The notes: a model not told the origin generated them from the sequence alone. A DNA stretch of 64,000 nucleotides from Octopus sinensis (GCF_006345805.1 NC_042998.1:51522001-51586000); one strand, 5' to 3'. Shown: positions 23,781-37,507, numbered from the stretch's first letter. Made by a program: numbers and translations.

Positions 23781-23920
23781 TGAGTGTGTGTATGTGTGTG
23801 TGTGAGTGAGTGTGTGTGTATGAGTGAGTGTGTGTGTATGAGTGAGTGTGTGTGTGAGTGAGTGAGTGAGTGAGTGCGTGTGTGTGTGTGTGTGTGTGTC
23901 TGTGTGTGTGTCTGTGTGTT
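23605..23920. repeat. (GT)/(GAGT) compound microsatellite
   Basis: Direct inspection. Confidence 0.95.
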
Positions 23921-24002
23921 CTTTTTCTAACAAAGAGAGAAAATAGGTAATTTTGAAAGAGTACGTATACAATGTTCATTATGTCAGAAGACACGATAAA
24001 TC

Positions 24003-24284
24003 GGTGGCTGGTAATGAAGTCACAGGAAAAAAAGTCAAAATTTTGGCTAGGAAAAAAAAATTAACATTTAATTTACGGTGACTGGTAATAGTCTCGAGAA
24101 AAAAGTTTCTATTAATTTATGGGATCCAGACAAACCCCAACTAGGACAAACCCCAACTAGGACAAAACTCGCCGGTCAACACCCCCGCCCCGGACAAACC
24201 CCCTGTGACTTCTTTTCCTGTGACTTTATTACCGTGACTTTTTTTCCTGTGACTCTTTTTACTTGTGACTCTCTTTTCACCTGG
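24003..24284 (-). repeat. Modular repeat block, right arm of the inverted pair
   Basis: GGGATCCAGACAAACCCC and (GTGACTTTT)n arrays mirror 22001-22245. Confidence 0.7.
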
Positions 24285-25099
24285 ATTTGATAAATCAGAA
24301 GGCGCAATATTTTATAAACAAACTTTGGAAGCGTCGAATGTGTTCGGTAAATTTTCAGACAAGAAAGTGAATTTCAAACGCAGTATAACTGTAAAAACAG
24401 CAAAACGATTGGGTGTTTTACCCTTAAAAAAAGGGGAAAAGTTGCCAGCAGAGCCGTCTGTTGGCAACTTTTTTCTGTCTTTTTCTGCTGTTTTCGCGAC
24501 TATTCTGCGTTCGAAATTTATTTCTTGTCTGTAAAATAAGAAGGCACAATAGTTAGAAATTCTCTCTTTAAAACATTCTCTCTCTTAGTCATTCAATGTC
24601 TTACCAAAATCGAGGTGGCTGCAGCAATCTGTAAAATATTGGTAGAGTTAAGTGATTTTTGGAAAAGACTGCAACATGGTCGGAAGAAGGCTGCTTTATG
24701 TTTATGAACATTATTGTTACATATATTTAGAAGCTGTTCATGAAACGACGTGTATGACAGGTGCAGAAAGTATTCGTCAGGAATTCAATATCCGGGCTAA
24801 TTTTTGCACATCAATACATATTCTAGTTGCCGTAATGTGTTTTCTTCTATCGTGCTAAGTTGAATATATAGCTATGAAAATAGGTATGTGTAGAGAGTCA
24901 ATGCCGTCAGGGACAGGATCACTGGAGTTTGGGCGCTTAACTGAGCTGCAGTTGTAGGGTGTGTTCACGGAAAGTTGTAGCCATGCCGCTGAAGTATCAC
25001 CAGCCATTGATTAGACAGCAATTGGGTGTGCACTTATGATCAAATTGTAATTTCAATGAGGCAAAAGGTTGGGTTGAATCCAGCAATTACGACACTTAT

Positions 25100-25745
25100 A
25101 ATGGGTTTTGCTACAAAGCAAGTTAGGTCAACACAGCCACGAAGTATTATTGACAGGGTTCTGGTGGGTAGGAGAAACACCGGCACCCGAGACTAAAGCA
25201 AGTCTCCACCTACGTAAGGTGTTGTTATCTATTTGGTGGGATATGAAAGGTTTGGTACTTTTAAATCCAAACCAAACGATAACAAAAGAGAGATCTACAG
25301 CGAGCAGCTTCAGCGGCTTAAGTCAGCGCTAAAAAAAAAAACGACCATCTTTGGTTTCAAGATGAAAGGTGTTCTTCCATCAGGATAATTCTCAGCCACA
25401 TACAGTGAGGATGACATTCCAAAGGCTGGAGCTGTTTGAATGGAAAACGATGCCCTACCCACTATATTCGCCAGACGCTGCCCCATCTGATTAGCATTTA
25501 TTCTGCAGTCTTCAAAATCATTTGGACGGCAAAAATAAGAATTATGTAGACGAGGTCACAACAGTACTGGAGGAGTATATTTTGTCACGGACAAGTGAAT
25601 TTTAGAAGAGGAGATAGATGGAAGAGCATTGTAGAAAATGAACGAGGGTATATTTTAGATAAAAAAAAAAAGAATTTTGTTTATCTTAATTTTGAAAAAT
25701 AAAAAAAAGTGTTAAAAAAACCGCATTATTTATGGGATTACCTAA
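25100..25745 (+). mobile_element. mariner (DD34D-type) transposase 3' remnant with right TIR
   Basis: KVLLSIWWDMKG, FFHQDNSQPH and YSPDAAPSD motifs; ends ...GGGATTACCTAA followed by TA. Confidence 0.8.
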
Positions 25746-26319
25746 TATATATATATATATATATATACGACAGGCTTCTTCCAGTTTCCGACTACAAATC
25801 CACTCACTAGGCTTTGGTCGGCCCGAGGCTGTAGTAGAAGACAAGCTTCTTACGACACAGCCACGCTATATTTAGAGCAACTTTACATTAAGGAGTGGAA
25901 CGTACAATTTCCTGTAAGTCAGACCGCCTTATAGTCCCAGTATATAAAATGAAAATGGCGTTACTCTCCGAGGGTGACGAAAGAGATACGCTGGAACAAT
26001 CAATAATAAAATTAGTTTTATTTTTAAATTATATTTGTTATACATTCCAAGGGACACAACTCTACCTTGACGGCTTGCTGTAATAATACGATTTCAAGGG
26101 AAGTAATTCTTCTTTTCCTGTATATAGTATCGTCAGCAGATGGCTGGAACTTGTGATATTTCGTTCTTACTCTTTCCCTTCTAATTTCAAATCCACACCT
26201 CACTCGATTTCAACTTTTATTTTTTTGTGATCGTTAGAATAAAAGATGGAAATAGAATTTTTCGACGATATTGTTACGAATGCCAGGTTTTGTATTTCTG
26301 TTAGAAAATATCATTTAGC

Positions 26320-27225
26320 AGAATCGTTAAAGCGTCGGGCGATATTTCTTCTAGAGTTTTGCATTCCGAGTTCAAATCACAGGTAAACTTTGCCTTTCGT
26401 TCTTTCGCGGTCGATAAAATTACTACCATATAATTACTAGCATCGGAGGTGATGAAAATTGACTAACCTGCCCTCAAAATGTTCAGGCTTCGTGGACATA
26501 GAAGTAAGAGACAAATTATTCAAAGCAGCGAGCTGTCAGGATTATCACGTCGGATAAAAAGGCTTAGCTGCATTTCTTCCGAATTTTTAAGTTCTGAGCT
26601 CAAAATACTGCCGAGGTTGACTTTGCCTTTCACCCCTTCGGGATCGATAAAATAAGCACCAGTTGAGCCCTTTACCCATAAAATTTCAGTGGTCGACTTT
26701 GCTTTTCAGCCTTTCGAGGGTCGATAAATTAGGTACCAGTTGTGTACTGGGGTCGATCTAATCGACTGGCCCCCTCCCTCAAAATTTCAGTCCTTGTGCC
26801 TATAGTAGAAAGGATTATTGTCATCATTATTGGCGAGCTGGCAAAAAAGTTAGCACGCCGGACAAAATGCTTAGCAGCATTTCGTCCGTCCTTACATGCT
26901 GAGTTCAAATTCCGCCGAGGCTGACTTTGCCTTTTATACTTTCGGCGTCGATGAAACATGTACCTGTTGAGAACTGGGGGAGAGGGGTTGATATAATCGA
27001 CTGCCTCCCCTCCTATTTCCGACCTTGTGACTATAGTGGAAAGAATTATTTTCTTCTGTAAAGGCGACAAGCTGGCAGAATCGTTACTGCACCGGACAAA
27101 ATGCTTAGCGGCATTTTATCTAGTTCCTTACGTTCAAATACCACTGGGGTTAACTATGCCTTTCAACCCTTCTGCTGCGATAAAATAAACACCAATTGAC
27201 ACCTACCCACCAAATTTCTGGCCTC
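26320..27225 (+). mobile_element. Cluster of about 4-5 co-oriented family-A SINEs
   Basis: Repeated GAGTTCAAAT...CTTTGCCTTT...CGATAAA units, most ending in ATT-rich tails. Confidence 0.75.
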
Positions 27226-27227
27226 AT

Positions 27228-27620
27228 TATTATTATTATTATTATTATTACTTTATGTTTGACTTTTACTTTGCATTTGTACACGTTGGCTCCAAGTTTC
27301 ACCCTAGTTATGCCTAGGGTGCCATATATCTGATTTTGTACATAGTGTTGTTCTAGAGAATGTTTAAGAAACCATAAGAAAATTATTTGTTTGTTTTAAA
27401 ATTTGAGATTAATAGAGAGTATTTTACGTAGGATATGGGCAGTTCCCATGAGCACTATCTTTTGAATTTTGCCATTTCGGGGTTTCCTGGTATCCGAGCT
27501 AGGTAGCAATCAGCCCCTTTTGCTATCGTTCCCAGGGCACCTATGACAACAAGTATTGTTTTAGTCTTCAGGTTCTACACTTTGCTAATTTCTATTTCAA
27601 GATCTTTATACTTGCGCAGT
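27228..27620 (-). mobile_element. R4/Dong-type LINE 3' terminus with (AAT)n tail
   Basis: Minus strand KYKDLEIEISKV*NLKTKTILVVIGALGTI, and after a frameshift IVLMGTAHILRKILS. Confidence 0.75.
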
Positions 27621-27886
27621 TTTATTATTATTATTATTATTGTTGTTGTTGTTGTTGTTGTTGTTGTTTCTATTGTTCTTGTTGGCGAGCTAGCAGAATC
27701 GTTAGCATGCCGGGCTTAGCGGCATTTCGCCCGTATTTACATTCAGAGTTCAAATTCCGCCGAGATCGACTTTGCTTTCCTTTGTTTTAGGGATCGATAA
27801 ATTAAGAACCAATGAAACAGTGGGGTCAATGCAATCGACTAGTCCCCTCCCCCTAAATTTCAGGCCTTGTGCCTTTAGTAGAAAGG

Positions 27887-27939
<53 letters not shown>

Positions 27940-27941
<2 letters not shown>

Positions 27942-28990
27942 TCTCTTCGGTAGTTTCAGCAGCACCAGGTGCACTTTCATGCCCTTGAAGTGTGTGCAGC
28001 ATTGTATTCCTGTTTTGTTGGGGTTAAGGAAGAATAGACTCTTCCTGTCGATGTACTGCATCAACGACTTTTATTACGGGGTTTAGTTTCTTGTTTCTTG
28101 TTATATCAGTGTTTGTTCTGTTGTGTACGGAACATGTAATGTAGGCCGTGTTAATCCTGTAGAGTCGTGTTTTAGTTATGTGCTTATTGTATAGGTTGTG
28201 TGTTGTTCTATTTGAGCTATTTTATTGAATCAATAATGTTTTACGCAAGATGTGAACTGCTCCTTGCAAGCTGTTTTTTTTTTTTTTTTTGTAGACAGTG
28301 TGTAATATTGAGCCCTTTCACAACTTCATTGTTTCTTTTTATATTTTTCATTTTTTTAAAATCATAGCTAGTGCTGCAATCACTAGTGGTTTTGTTTTGT
28401 CAACATCCACATGTTGACAATTTCAATTTGAAAGTTCAAGGTTTTATATTTTGATAGTTTTCCCACTTCGTTTTCTGAAAAACTTTTGTCAGAAGGAACT
28501 TCGATGTCTATCACTGTACATGTATTTGTTTCCCAGTTCCTGGTTCACCTGGATCTTTTCATCAGTTTGGATAGGTACATCCCGACTTATTGTAGCCGTG
28601 TCGTTGCCATGTAGCGTCTATGGTACGTGTTTGTGCCACTTTTTGTTTATTTTCACATCCAAGTATTGGCATATTACTCAATGGAAGTAGCTGCAGACAC
28701 AATCATCATACGTTTTTATATACTCAGGTTTCACAAGATGACGTTGTCAATTGTTTCATTGTGCTAGTTGCACATTCTGTAGTCATTAGTCCTATGCAGC
28801 AAGGACCAGTCCCTCCATTTCTGTTTTTAGACCAGAGCTTTTGCGCTGTTGTCGACTTTCACTTTCGCTTATATCTATTCTATCGAGCCTTGCAGGATAT
28901 TTGCCTTGGAAAGGTCTTTCTCTTCATTTCTTCTTGCGTATGTATTGTAATTTTGTTTTCGTGTTGTTTTTGTCTCTTTATCCATTTCTG
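27940..28990 (-). mobile_element. Highly decayed R4/Dong-type LINE (RLE region)
   Basis: SSGLKTEMEGLVLAA, RDVPIQTDEKI, VIDIEVP...KLSKYK and AVHILRKTL segments in shifting frames. Confidence 0.6.
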
Positions 28991-29504
28991 TTGTGTTGGT
29001 TGAGCGTCAGATAAAATGCTTAGCAGCATTTCGTCCGTCTTTACGTTCTAAGTTCGAATTCTGCTGGGGCCGACTTTGCCTTTCATCCTTTCGGAGTCGA
29101 TAAAATAAGCACCAGATGAGTGCTGGGATCGACTAGCCCGTCCTCCAATATTTCAGGCTCCTTGCCTTCCTTTCATCCTTTCGAGGTCAATGAAATCAAT
29201 CCCTGTTGCGCACTGGGGTCGACGCAATCGACTAGCCCCTCCTCCAAAATTTCAGGCCTTGTACCTATAGTAGAAATGATTTTTTTATTTTAAGGCGGCG
29301 ATCTGACAGAATCCTCAGCACATTGGGCATAATGCTTTGCAGCATTTCGTCTGTCTTTACGTTCTGAGTTTAAATTCCACCGAAGTCGTCTTTGCCTTTC
29401 ATCCTTTCGGGGTTGATAAAATAAGAACCAGCTGAGCACTGGAGTCGGGGTAAATCGACTATTCCCCTCCCCACAAATTCCTGACCTTGTGCCTATAGTA
29501 AAAC

Positions 29505-29568
<64 letters not shown>

Positions 29569-29619
29569 GGTGGTGGTGGTGGTAATAGTATTATTATTAT
29601 TATTATTATTATTAGCAGC

Positions 29620-29718
<99 letters not shown>

Positions 29719-29800
29719 TGTGGTGGTGGTGGTGGTGGTTGTGGTGGTGGTGGTGGTGGTTGTGGTAGTAGCAGTTGTAGTAGTAGTAGTAGTAGTAATC
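29505..29800. repeat. Compound (AGT)/(GGT)/(ATT)/(AGC) trinucleotide microsatellite
   Basis: Direct inspection. Confidence 0.95.
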
Positions 29801-30979
29801 ACAACGTTAAATATTGGGACTCCTTTTTAAAACCTTTAGCGTATATACGTCAATATCCACTCGATCTATTGCTTTTATTTTTGATAGGTCACCTAAGGCG
29901 AGAAAAAGTAAACAAATAAATAAATGAAGATTTTATTTAATTTCGTTGACATGGAGAATAAATTACAAGCGAGACTAATTCGTCATCTTGAGCAAAGTAT
30001 AATAATTAAAACTGGAGTAGGCAATTTCTAACGAACATAGCAAACTACATTCACCTGTGCCTGCCTATTGAGTTGATAAGTTTTCAGCGTCAGAAAAAAA
30101 TCTACTCTTATTACAACACATCTCAAGAGTTGACAATATAATAATTAAATAATATAATATAATATTCTAAACAGTTAGTTAATGATGTAAATAGCTGAGT
30201 TGATAAATTATTTCCACTTGAGCTAATGAGCCAAGTGGCTAAGTTTATTGAACGCGTCTCCTTATGGGACTTGAAACAATTTTAGATTTTGATTTGAGAC
30301 AGCAAATGCAATGCCTTACTTTCTCCGACTTAAACCCTTCGATCCCTATAACCATAGACAATTTTTCTCAGTTGTTCACCACTCAGTGCTGTCTTTTTTG
30401 CTTCAGTCCAATTGGATCCCTGCTTTTCAACTCTACCTCGTATCCTGCCTTCAGCTATTTTTAGAGCGTCTTCCCGTTCACCTCCCTTGTGGATTCCAGG
30501 TCAGGGTCTAACGTCTAATGGCAGGTTGTTTAGTTTCGTTTCAGATTTTGCTTCACTGTGCCATATGTTTCCCTGAAGAGAAGCCTCCCTCTCGCAGGTT
30601 TTGAATGGCAGTCGATGCTTCTGTAACTTAAATATTTTCTAGGTAAGCCGTTGACTTCACGCAAACCCATTTTTACTGCTGGGAAGAGGTGGTCCATATA
30701 AATTTGGCTTCAGTCCTTTTACCTTTCCAGCATGGAAGGCTCTACCAGGAGTTTGAGTTCCGCTGGTATAACTCTCAGAGTCAATGAGGTGCACAAGTCA
30801 ACACTTCACAACAACGACCGGACTTGGAGTAGAGTGCCTAACAAAATGTTATATTGTTTCGAATACACAATGTCAATGTCGACTTTGATGCTAGTTTAAG
30901 TGGGCTGATAAAGCAAAAGTGTTTCTGGGTATACTATGAAAAAGAGGTTTCAAATGAATGTATCAGTTCCATAGATGTC

Positions 30980-32050
30980 TGTAGCGAACACTCAAGTGAA
31001 ATTCCTCTCTCCCATTTATTATATATACGCATATTCGAACGTAGCAGATAACAGCTAGCCTTTGGCCGCTATTTGAACCCCGTTGTATCCACTACTCTGA
31101 TTGGTCGCTATGGCGTAATTTGTCTCTTACTCTGTCGCGCCATCTGCAGTGCATAACCAATCGGAGCTCCTAAATAAATCACGTGAGACAGCCTGTTCTC
31201 AACACCGTTTGAGCCTACAGCTCCTCATAAAAACCCAGCTTCACCTCATCTCGAGGTCTTTGGTTCCAGACCTTTTAAGGTCTAGTCACTGACCACACAA
31301 GACACAGCCAGTTCCAGAAACAACACCAGACGACAACACCCGTCCAACAGCAACATGCCCACGTTTGAACACAGCACTGTTCGAGAATTACCTCACCATG
31401 GATCAATAGCAAATATACAACCTGCGAGCCAGACGACAACATCCGTCCAACAGCATTTCGGCAATCTCTTTCTTCGTCGCCACCATCATTTTCTTAACCT
31501 CGTCAACATCATCTCTTTATGCACACAGCAACAGCAACACGCCCAGGTTTAGACACAGCATTGTTCGTAAATTACTTCACCATGGATCAACAACAAATAT
31601 ACAACCTTCGAGAACTCCTGTACCAAGTGACACAGGCAGCAGCATTACAGCCACAACTTCATGTACGACATGTACGGCAACCGGCTCCGCATCATCGCCA
31701 CAACTGTATTTCAATTACTGTGTGCAATTGATTACGAACTGGTACTCTCATTTCATGTGTTTATGAACATTCGTCTAACTTCTCATTATAGACTCTTTCA
31801 CTGTCTTCTTCATTGTTATTCTTATATGTACTTAACGCGCACGCATACATCCATCATACATACACTTTGTTCTCATGACGGCCTGTCTATTATTCTGTAT
31901 ACATGACGCACACACAGACACACGCGTTAACATATCAATAAATTTTCTCTTAAACATTCTACTCGGTTGTGTCTCCCTTTTTTCCCATTAGTACATATAA
32001 GTATTATCCCAGCTTTCTGAACGGAGTTGTTATTAGACGGTTTCCCTACA
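30980..32050 (+). mobile_element. Possible solo LTR-like element, about 1.07 kb
   Basis: TGTAGCGAAC...GTTTCCCTACA termini; CCAAT boxes, E-box, TATA-like and AATAAA in order; no TSD found. Confidence 0.35.
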
Positions 32051-32094
32051 CCATCTATAAATGGATGTTCAACAGTAAGTTAGACTTAGAATTT

Positions 32095-32830
32095 ATATTG
32101 GTTTCAAATTTTGTCGCAAGGCCAGCAATTTCGGGGGAGGGTGTATGTCTGAAAGAGTGAAAGGCAAAGTCGACCTTGGCGATATTTGAATGTAGAATGT
32201 AAAGAAGGACGAAATACCACCACAAAGCTCGGCGCTTTCTTAGTATTTATACAAGAACGAGTTGTTGACAGGAATAGAGCGTCTGATGAAATGGCTAACA
32301 ATTCTGCCAGCTCGTCGCCTTTATACTCAATAGAATGATGGTTCCAAATGTTGGCACAACGCCAGTAATTTCGGGGTAAGGGAAAGACGATTAGATCGAC
32401 TCCAGTGCTCAACTGGTACTTATTTTATCGACCCCGAAAGGATAAAAGGCAAAGTCGACCTTGGCGGAATTTGAACTCAGAACGTAAAGTCGGACGAAAT
32501 GCTGAAAAGAAGTATGCCCAATGTGTTAACGATTCTGCCAGCTCGTCGCCTTCTTAGTATTTATGTTAAGAACAAGCAGACCAGTGATAGAAACAGAACG
32601 TCAGATGAAATGGCTTACATTATGAATTTATATTGGTTTCAAATTTTGTCACAAGGCCAGCATTTTCGGAGGAAGAGGTTAAATCTGTTACATCGCCCCT
32701 CGAAAGAGTGAAAGGCAAAGTCAACCATACAGTTATTTGAACTCAGAACGTAGAGACGGACGAAATGCTGCCAGTGTACTAACGAATGTATTTTAGGGAA
32801 GTGGGGTACTAGTTGATTTCATCGACTCCA
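32095..32830 (-). mobile_element. Cluster of about 3 family-A SINEs
   Basis: Repeated GAAAGGCAAAGTCGACCTTGGCGG...TTTGAACTCAGAACGT. Confidence 0.75.
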
Positions 32831-33324
32831 GTACTTAGTAGGGATCTTTGTGGTGTGAATCACAGTCTCCAACTTTGTTCCAGTTTTTTTTTTTAAATCA
32901 TTTTCCCTATAAATTTATAACTGAAAAGTTATTAGCATTTAAAGTTTGCAAACTTTGGGTATTTTAGCCAATCAGAAGCGAATATTTTACACATCACCGT
33001 GAAGTATTTTTGTTAGTATAGTAAGCAAAGAACTGTTTCCATAGTAACCAAGGAGTGTAACCACCACGTATCCCATAATTATTTTTATAACAGTAGGAAT
33101 TCGATTAGAGAACAGTATGGAGATTTTGACATGCCAACCACTCCCTCCCCCTTCTCGCTACTGTGACAGATGATGGAAGAGGAAGCGAACGCGCTGTTTT
33201 CTGATTAGCTGAAAATTCTGAATATTATCGAACTTTGAACACCTCTAACATTTTCGCAAAATTTTTTTCTGGAATAAATGAATACCAAATTCGGATTCAG
33301 CGTCAGAAATTACATTCATATGCT

Positions 33325-33755
33325 ACACTCTTTTACTCTTTTACTTGTTTCAGTCATTTGACTGCGGCCGGGCTGGAGCACCGCCTTTAGTTGAGCAAAT
33401 CGACCCCAGGACTTATACTTTGTAAGCCTAGTACTTATTTTATCGGTCTCTTTTGCCGAACCGCTAAGTTACGGGGACGTAAACACACGAGCATCGGTTG
33501 TCAAGCGATGTTGGGAGGACAAACACAAACACACACATTCACATATATATACATATACATATATACGACGGGCTTCTTTCAATTTCCGTCTACCAAATCC
33601 ACTCGCAAGGCTTTGGTCGGCACGAAGCTATAACAGAAGACACTTGCCCAAGGTGCCACACTGTAGGACTGAACCCGGAACCATGTGGTTGGTAAGCAAG
33701 CTACTTATCACACAGCCACTCCTGCGCCTATACTTACCACGCAGCCACTCCTACG
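33325..33755 (-). mobile_element. Family-B SINE, near full length
   Basis: Closely matches 1373-1796. Confidence 0.8.
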
Positions 33756-34118
33756 CCTACATTAATTTTTTTTTTTAAGATTTCGACATGCAGGGACTCA
33801 AACCACAAAGACCCCTTAACTGGTACTTATTCTATCGATCCCGAAGGATGAAAGGCAAAGTTACCCTCGGCACCTTTGTACTCAATATAATAATTAATAC
33901 ACTCTATGTAGATATAGGATCGCCTCCGTTTGATTCACAATCCTTTTCGCAAATATTCCACAAGTGGATTCAGAAAACAAACAACCTTCTATATCATTAT
34001 CTTTCTTTTTTTATCAAACTTTGAATGTAAAAAGTCTTTTGTGTTTTTTCTATTAGCTTTCCATGCGACGAGCGTCATTAATTTTAAACTTTCCACGAGA
34101 AGTGTGGTAGCATTTTTT

Positions 34119-34130
34119 CCTCTCTCTCTC

Positions 34131-34216
<86 letters not shown>
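34119..34216. repeat. (CT)n microsatellite
   Basis: Direct inspection. Confidence 0.95.
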
Positions 34217-34511
34217 TTAATCTTCACTACGTCACTAAGTAAAAAAAACGCAAACATTTAACAAACATTTACGCAAGAAATGAAATGGAGAAAGGAATGA
34301 GAGAGAGAGAGAAAAAAAAAACCCCCAACGAACAAAGAGAAAGAAGCAAAATAGATTAACTCAAGTAATTAAAATAAGCCAAATATATTAATGAATTAAA
34401 TAACCAGATAAGTTATCAAACTATCGACCAACATATAAATACACAAAAGAATAAAGGTCGGAAGTCTTGTTTTGTTGGATGTTTTTACTCGTTTTTTGCT
34501 TGTCTTGTTTC

Positions 34512-36332
34512 AGCAGGCAGAAACGTCAGCACGCCTGGCAAAATGCTTAGCAGTATTTCGTCTGTCGCTACGTTCTGAGTTCAAATTCCGCCGAGGCCGA
34601 CTTTGCCTTTCATCCTTTCGGGGTCGAAAAATTAAGTACCAGTTACGCACTGCGGTCGATGTAATCGACTTAATCCGCTTGTCTGTCCTTGTTTTTCCTT
34701 CTGTGTTTAGCCCCTGTGGGTAGTAAAGAAATAAGTATTTCGTCTGCCACTATGTTCTGAGTTCAAATTCCGCCGAGGTCGACTTTGCCTTTCATCCTTT
34801 CGGGGTCGAAAAATTAAGTACCAGTACGCACTGCGGTCGATGTAATCGACTTAATCCGCTTGTCTGTCTTGTTTTTCCCTTCTGTGTTTAGCCCCTTGTG
34901 GGTTGTAAGAAATAAGTATTTCGTCTGCCACTATGTTCTGAGTTCAAATTCCGCCGAGGTCGACTTTGCCTGTCATCCTTTCGGGGTCGAAAAATTAAGT
35001 ACCAGTTACGCACTGCGGTCGATGTAATCGACTTATCCGCTTGTCTGTCCTTGTTTTCCCTTCTGTGTTTAGCCCCTGGGTAGTAAAGAAATAAGTATTC
35101 GTCTGTCGCTACGTTCTGAGTTCAAATTCCGCCGAGGTCGACTTGCCTTTCATCCTTTCGGGGTCGAAAAATTAAGTACCAGTTACGCACTGCGGTCGAT
35201 GTAATCGACTTAATCCGCTTGTCTGTCCTTGTTTTTCCCTTCTGTGTTTAGCCCCTTGTGGGTAGTAAAGAAATAAGTATTTCGTCTGCCACTATGTTCG
35301 AGTTCATTCCGCCGAGGTCGACTTTGCCTTTCATCCTTCGAGGTCGATAAATTAAATACCAGTACGCACTGGGGTCGAGTAATCGACTAATCCGTTTGTC
35401 TGTCCTTGTTGTCCCCTCTGTGTTTAGCCCCTTGGGGTAATAAAGAAACAGATAAATTAAGTACCAGTTACGCACTGGGGTCGATATAATCGACTTAATC
35501 CGCTTGTTGTCCTTGTTTTTCCCTTCTGTGTTTAGCCCCTTGTGGGTAGTAAAGAAATAAGTATTTCGTCTGCCGCTACGTTCTGAGTTCAAATTCCGCC
35601 GAGGTCGACTTTGCCTTTCATCCTTTCGGGGTCGAAAAATTAAGTACCAGTTACGCACTGCGGTCGATGTAATCGACTTAATCCGCTTGTCTGTCCTTGT
35701 TTTTCCCTTCTGTGTTTAGCCCCTTGTGGGTAGTAAAGAAATAAGTATTTCGTCTGCCACTATGTTCTGAGTTCAAATTCCGCCGAGGTCGACTTTGCCT
35801 TTCATCCTTTCGAGGTCGATAAATTAAATACCAGTTACGCACTGGGGTCGATGTAATCGACTTAATCCGTTTGTCTGTCCTTGTTTGTCCCCTCTGTGTT
35901 TAGCCCCTTGTGGGTAATAAAGAAACAGATAAATTAAGTACCAGTTACGCACTGGGGTCGATATAATCGACTTAATCCGTCTGTTTGTCCTTGTTTGCCC
36001 TCTCTGTGTTTAGCCTCTTGTGGGTAGTAAAGAAATAAGTATTTCGTCTGCCCCTATGTTCTGAGTTCAAATTCCGCCGAGGTCGACTTTGCCTTTCATC
36101 CTTTTGGGGTCAATAAATCAAATACCAGTTACGCACTGGGGTCGATGTAATCGACTTAATCCGTTTGTCTGTCCTTGTTTGTCCCCTCTATGTTTAGTCC
36201 CTTGTGGGTAATAAAGAAACAGATAAATTAAGAACCAGTTATGCACTGGGGTCGATATTATCGACTTAATCCGTTTGTCTGTCCTTGTTTGTCTCTTTTG
36301 TGTTTAGCCCCTTGTGGGTAATAAAGAAATAA
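34512..36332 (+). repeat. Tandem array derived from family-A SINE: 8 long (about 180 bp) and 3 short (about 110 bp) units
   Basis: Long units start at about 34552, 34734, 34915, 35094, 35276, 35560, 35744 and 36038; short units at about 35451, 35928 and 36222. Confidence 0.9.
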
Positions 36333-36339
36333 GTTATTA

Positions 36340-37215
36340 GACTGCGGCCATGCTGGGGCATTGCCTTCATGAATTTTAGTCGAATGAATCGACTACAGTA
36401 CTTTTTTGTTTTAAAGCCAGGTCCTAATTCTATTGGTCTCCTTTGCCAAACCGCTATATTACGGGGTCGTAAAGACATCAACACTAGTTGTCAAGCGGTG
36501 GTGGGAGACACGCGCGCGCGAGCACACGCATACGCACATTCTCTTCTGTCTAGTACTTATTCTATCGGACCCTTTTACCGAACCGCTATCTTATAAGGAC
36601 ATAAACATACCAACATCAGTTGTCAAGCAATGGTGGGGTGGGATCAAATACACACACACACACACATTATATACGATGGTCTTCTTTCAATTTCCGTCTA
36701 CCAAATCTATTCACAAGGCTTTGGTTGGCCCGAGGCTAAAGTAGAAGGCACTTGCCCATGGTGCACACAGTGGAACTGAACCCGGAACCATGTGGTTCGG
36801 GAGCAAGCTTCTTACCGCACAGCCATACCTTCGACTCTATGCTGTGTATCTTTCGTCTTTTTTCTTTTATTTGTCTCCGTCATTACACTGCGACCATGCT
36901 GGGGCACGGCCTTGAAGAATTTTAGTCGAACGTGTCGACTCCACCACTTATATTTTTCTAAAGCCTGCTGCTTATTCAACCGGGAATCCTTTGTTGAACC
37001 GCTAGATCACGGGAACACACCAACACCGGTTGTCAAGTGGTGGTGGGACACCCCACACACACATACGACAGGGTTCTTTCAGTTTCCGTCCACCAAATCC
37101 ACTCATAAGGCTTTGGTCAGCCCAAGGTTACAGTAGAAGACACTTGCCAAAGATACCACGTAATGGGACTGAACCTGGAACCATGTAGTTGGGAAGGAAT
37201 CTTCTTACCACGGAG
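36340..37215 (-). mobile_element. Two tandem family-B SINEs
   Basis: Tail, (CA)n and head order repeated twice. Confidence 0.75.
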
Positions 37216-37507
37216 CTACCAGCATTTTAAAATTGGTTGAATCGGTCCCTCTGTAGTCTGACCATAGTGGATTACTGCGTGAGAAAGAGAGAAGCAGAGA
37301 AGAATCGAACCCAGGATTGAACTGGTACTTTATTTATCGACCGCGAAGGGGTGAAATGTGAAGCTGACCTCGGGTGGATTTGAACCTTTGAACTCAAAAT
37401 GTAAAGAACTGGAACGAATACCGAAATGCAATGTTTTAGCAGACGTTTTTGGCGATTCTGCCTACATAGTGCGTGGTTACGGAAATGATGTACTGGTTTG
37501 TGTGTGT

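Noticed and set aside
29290-29830. 170-aa poly-T and 113-aa poly-V ORFs
   Set aside because: Compound trinucleotide microsatellite.
33036-33049. RFX X-box-like GTTTCCATAGTAAC
   Set aside because: A single motif within a probable DNA-transposon remnant, with no gene start nearby.
34552-36332. CRISPR-like or rDNA-like array
   Set aside because: There are no unique spacers; the whole unit is SINE body sequence, and the context is eukaryotic.
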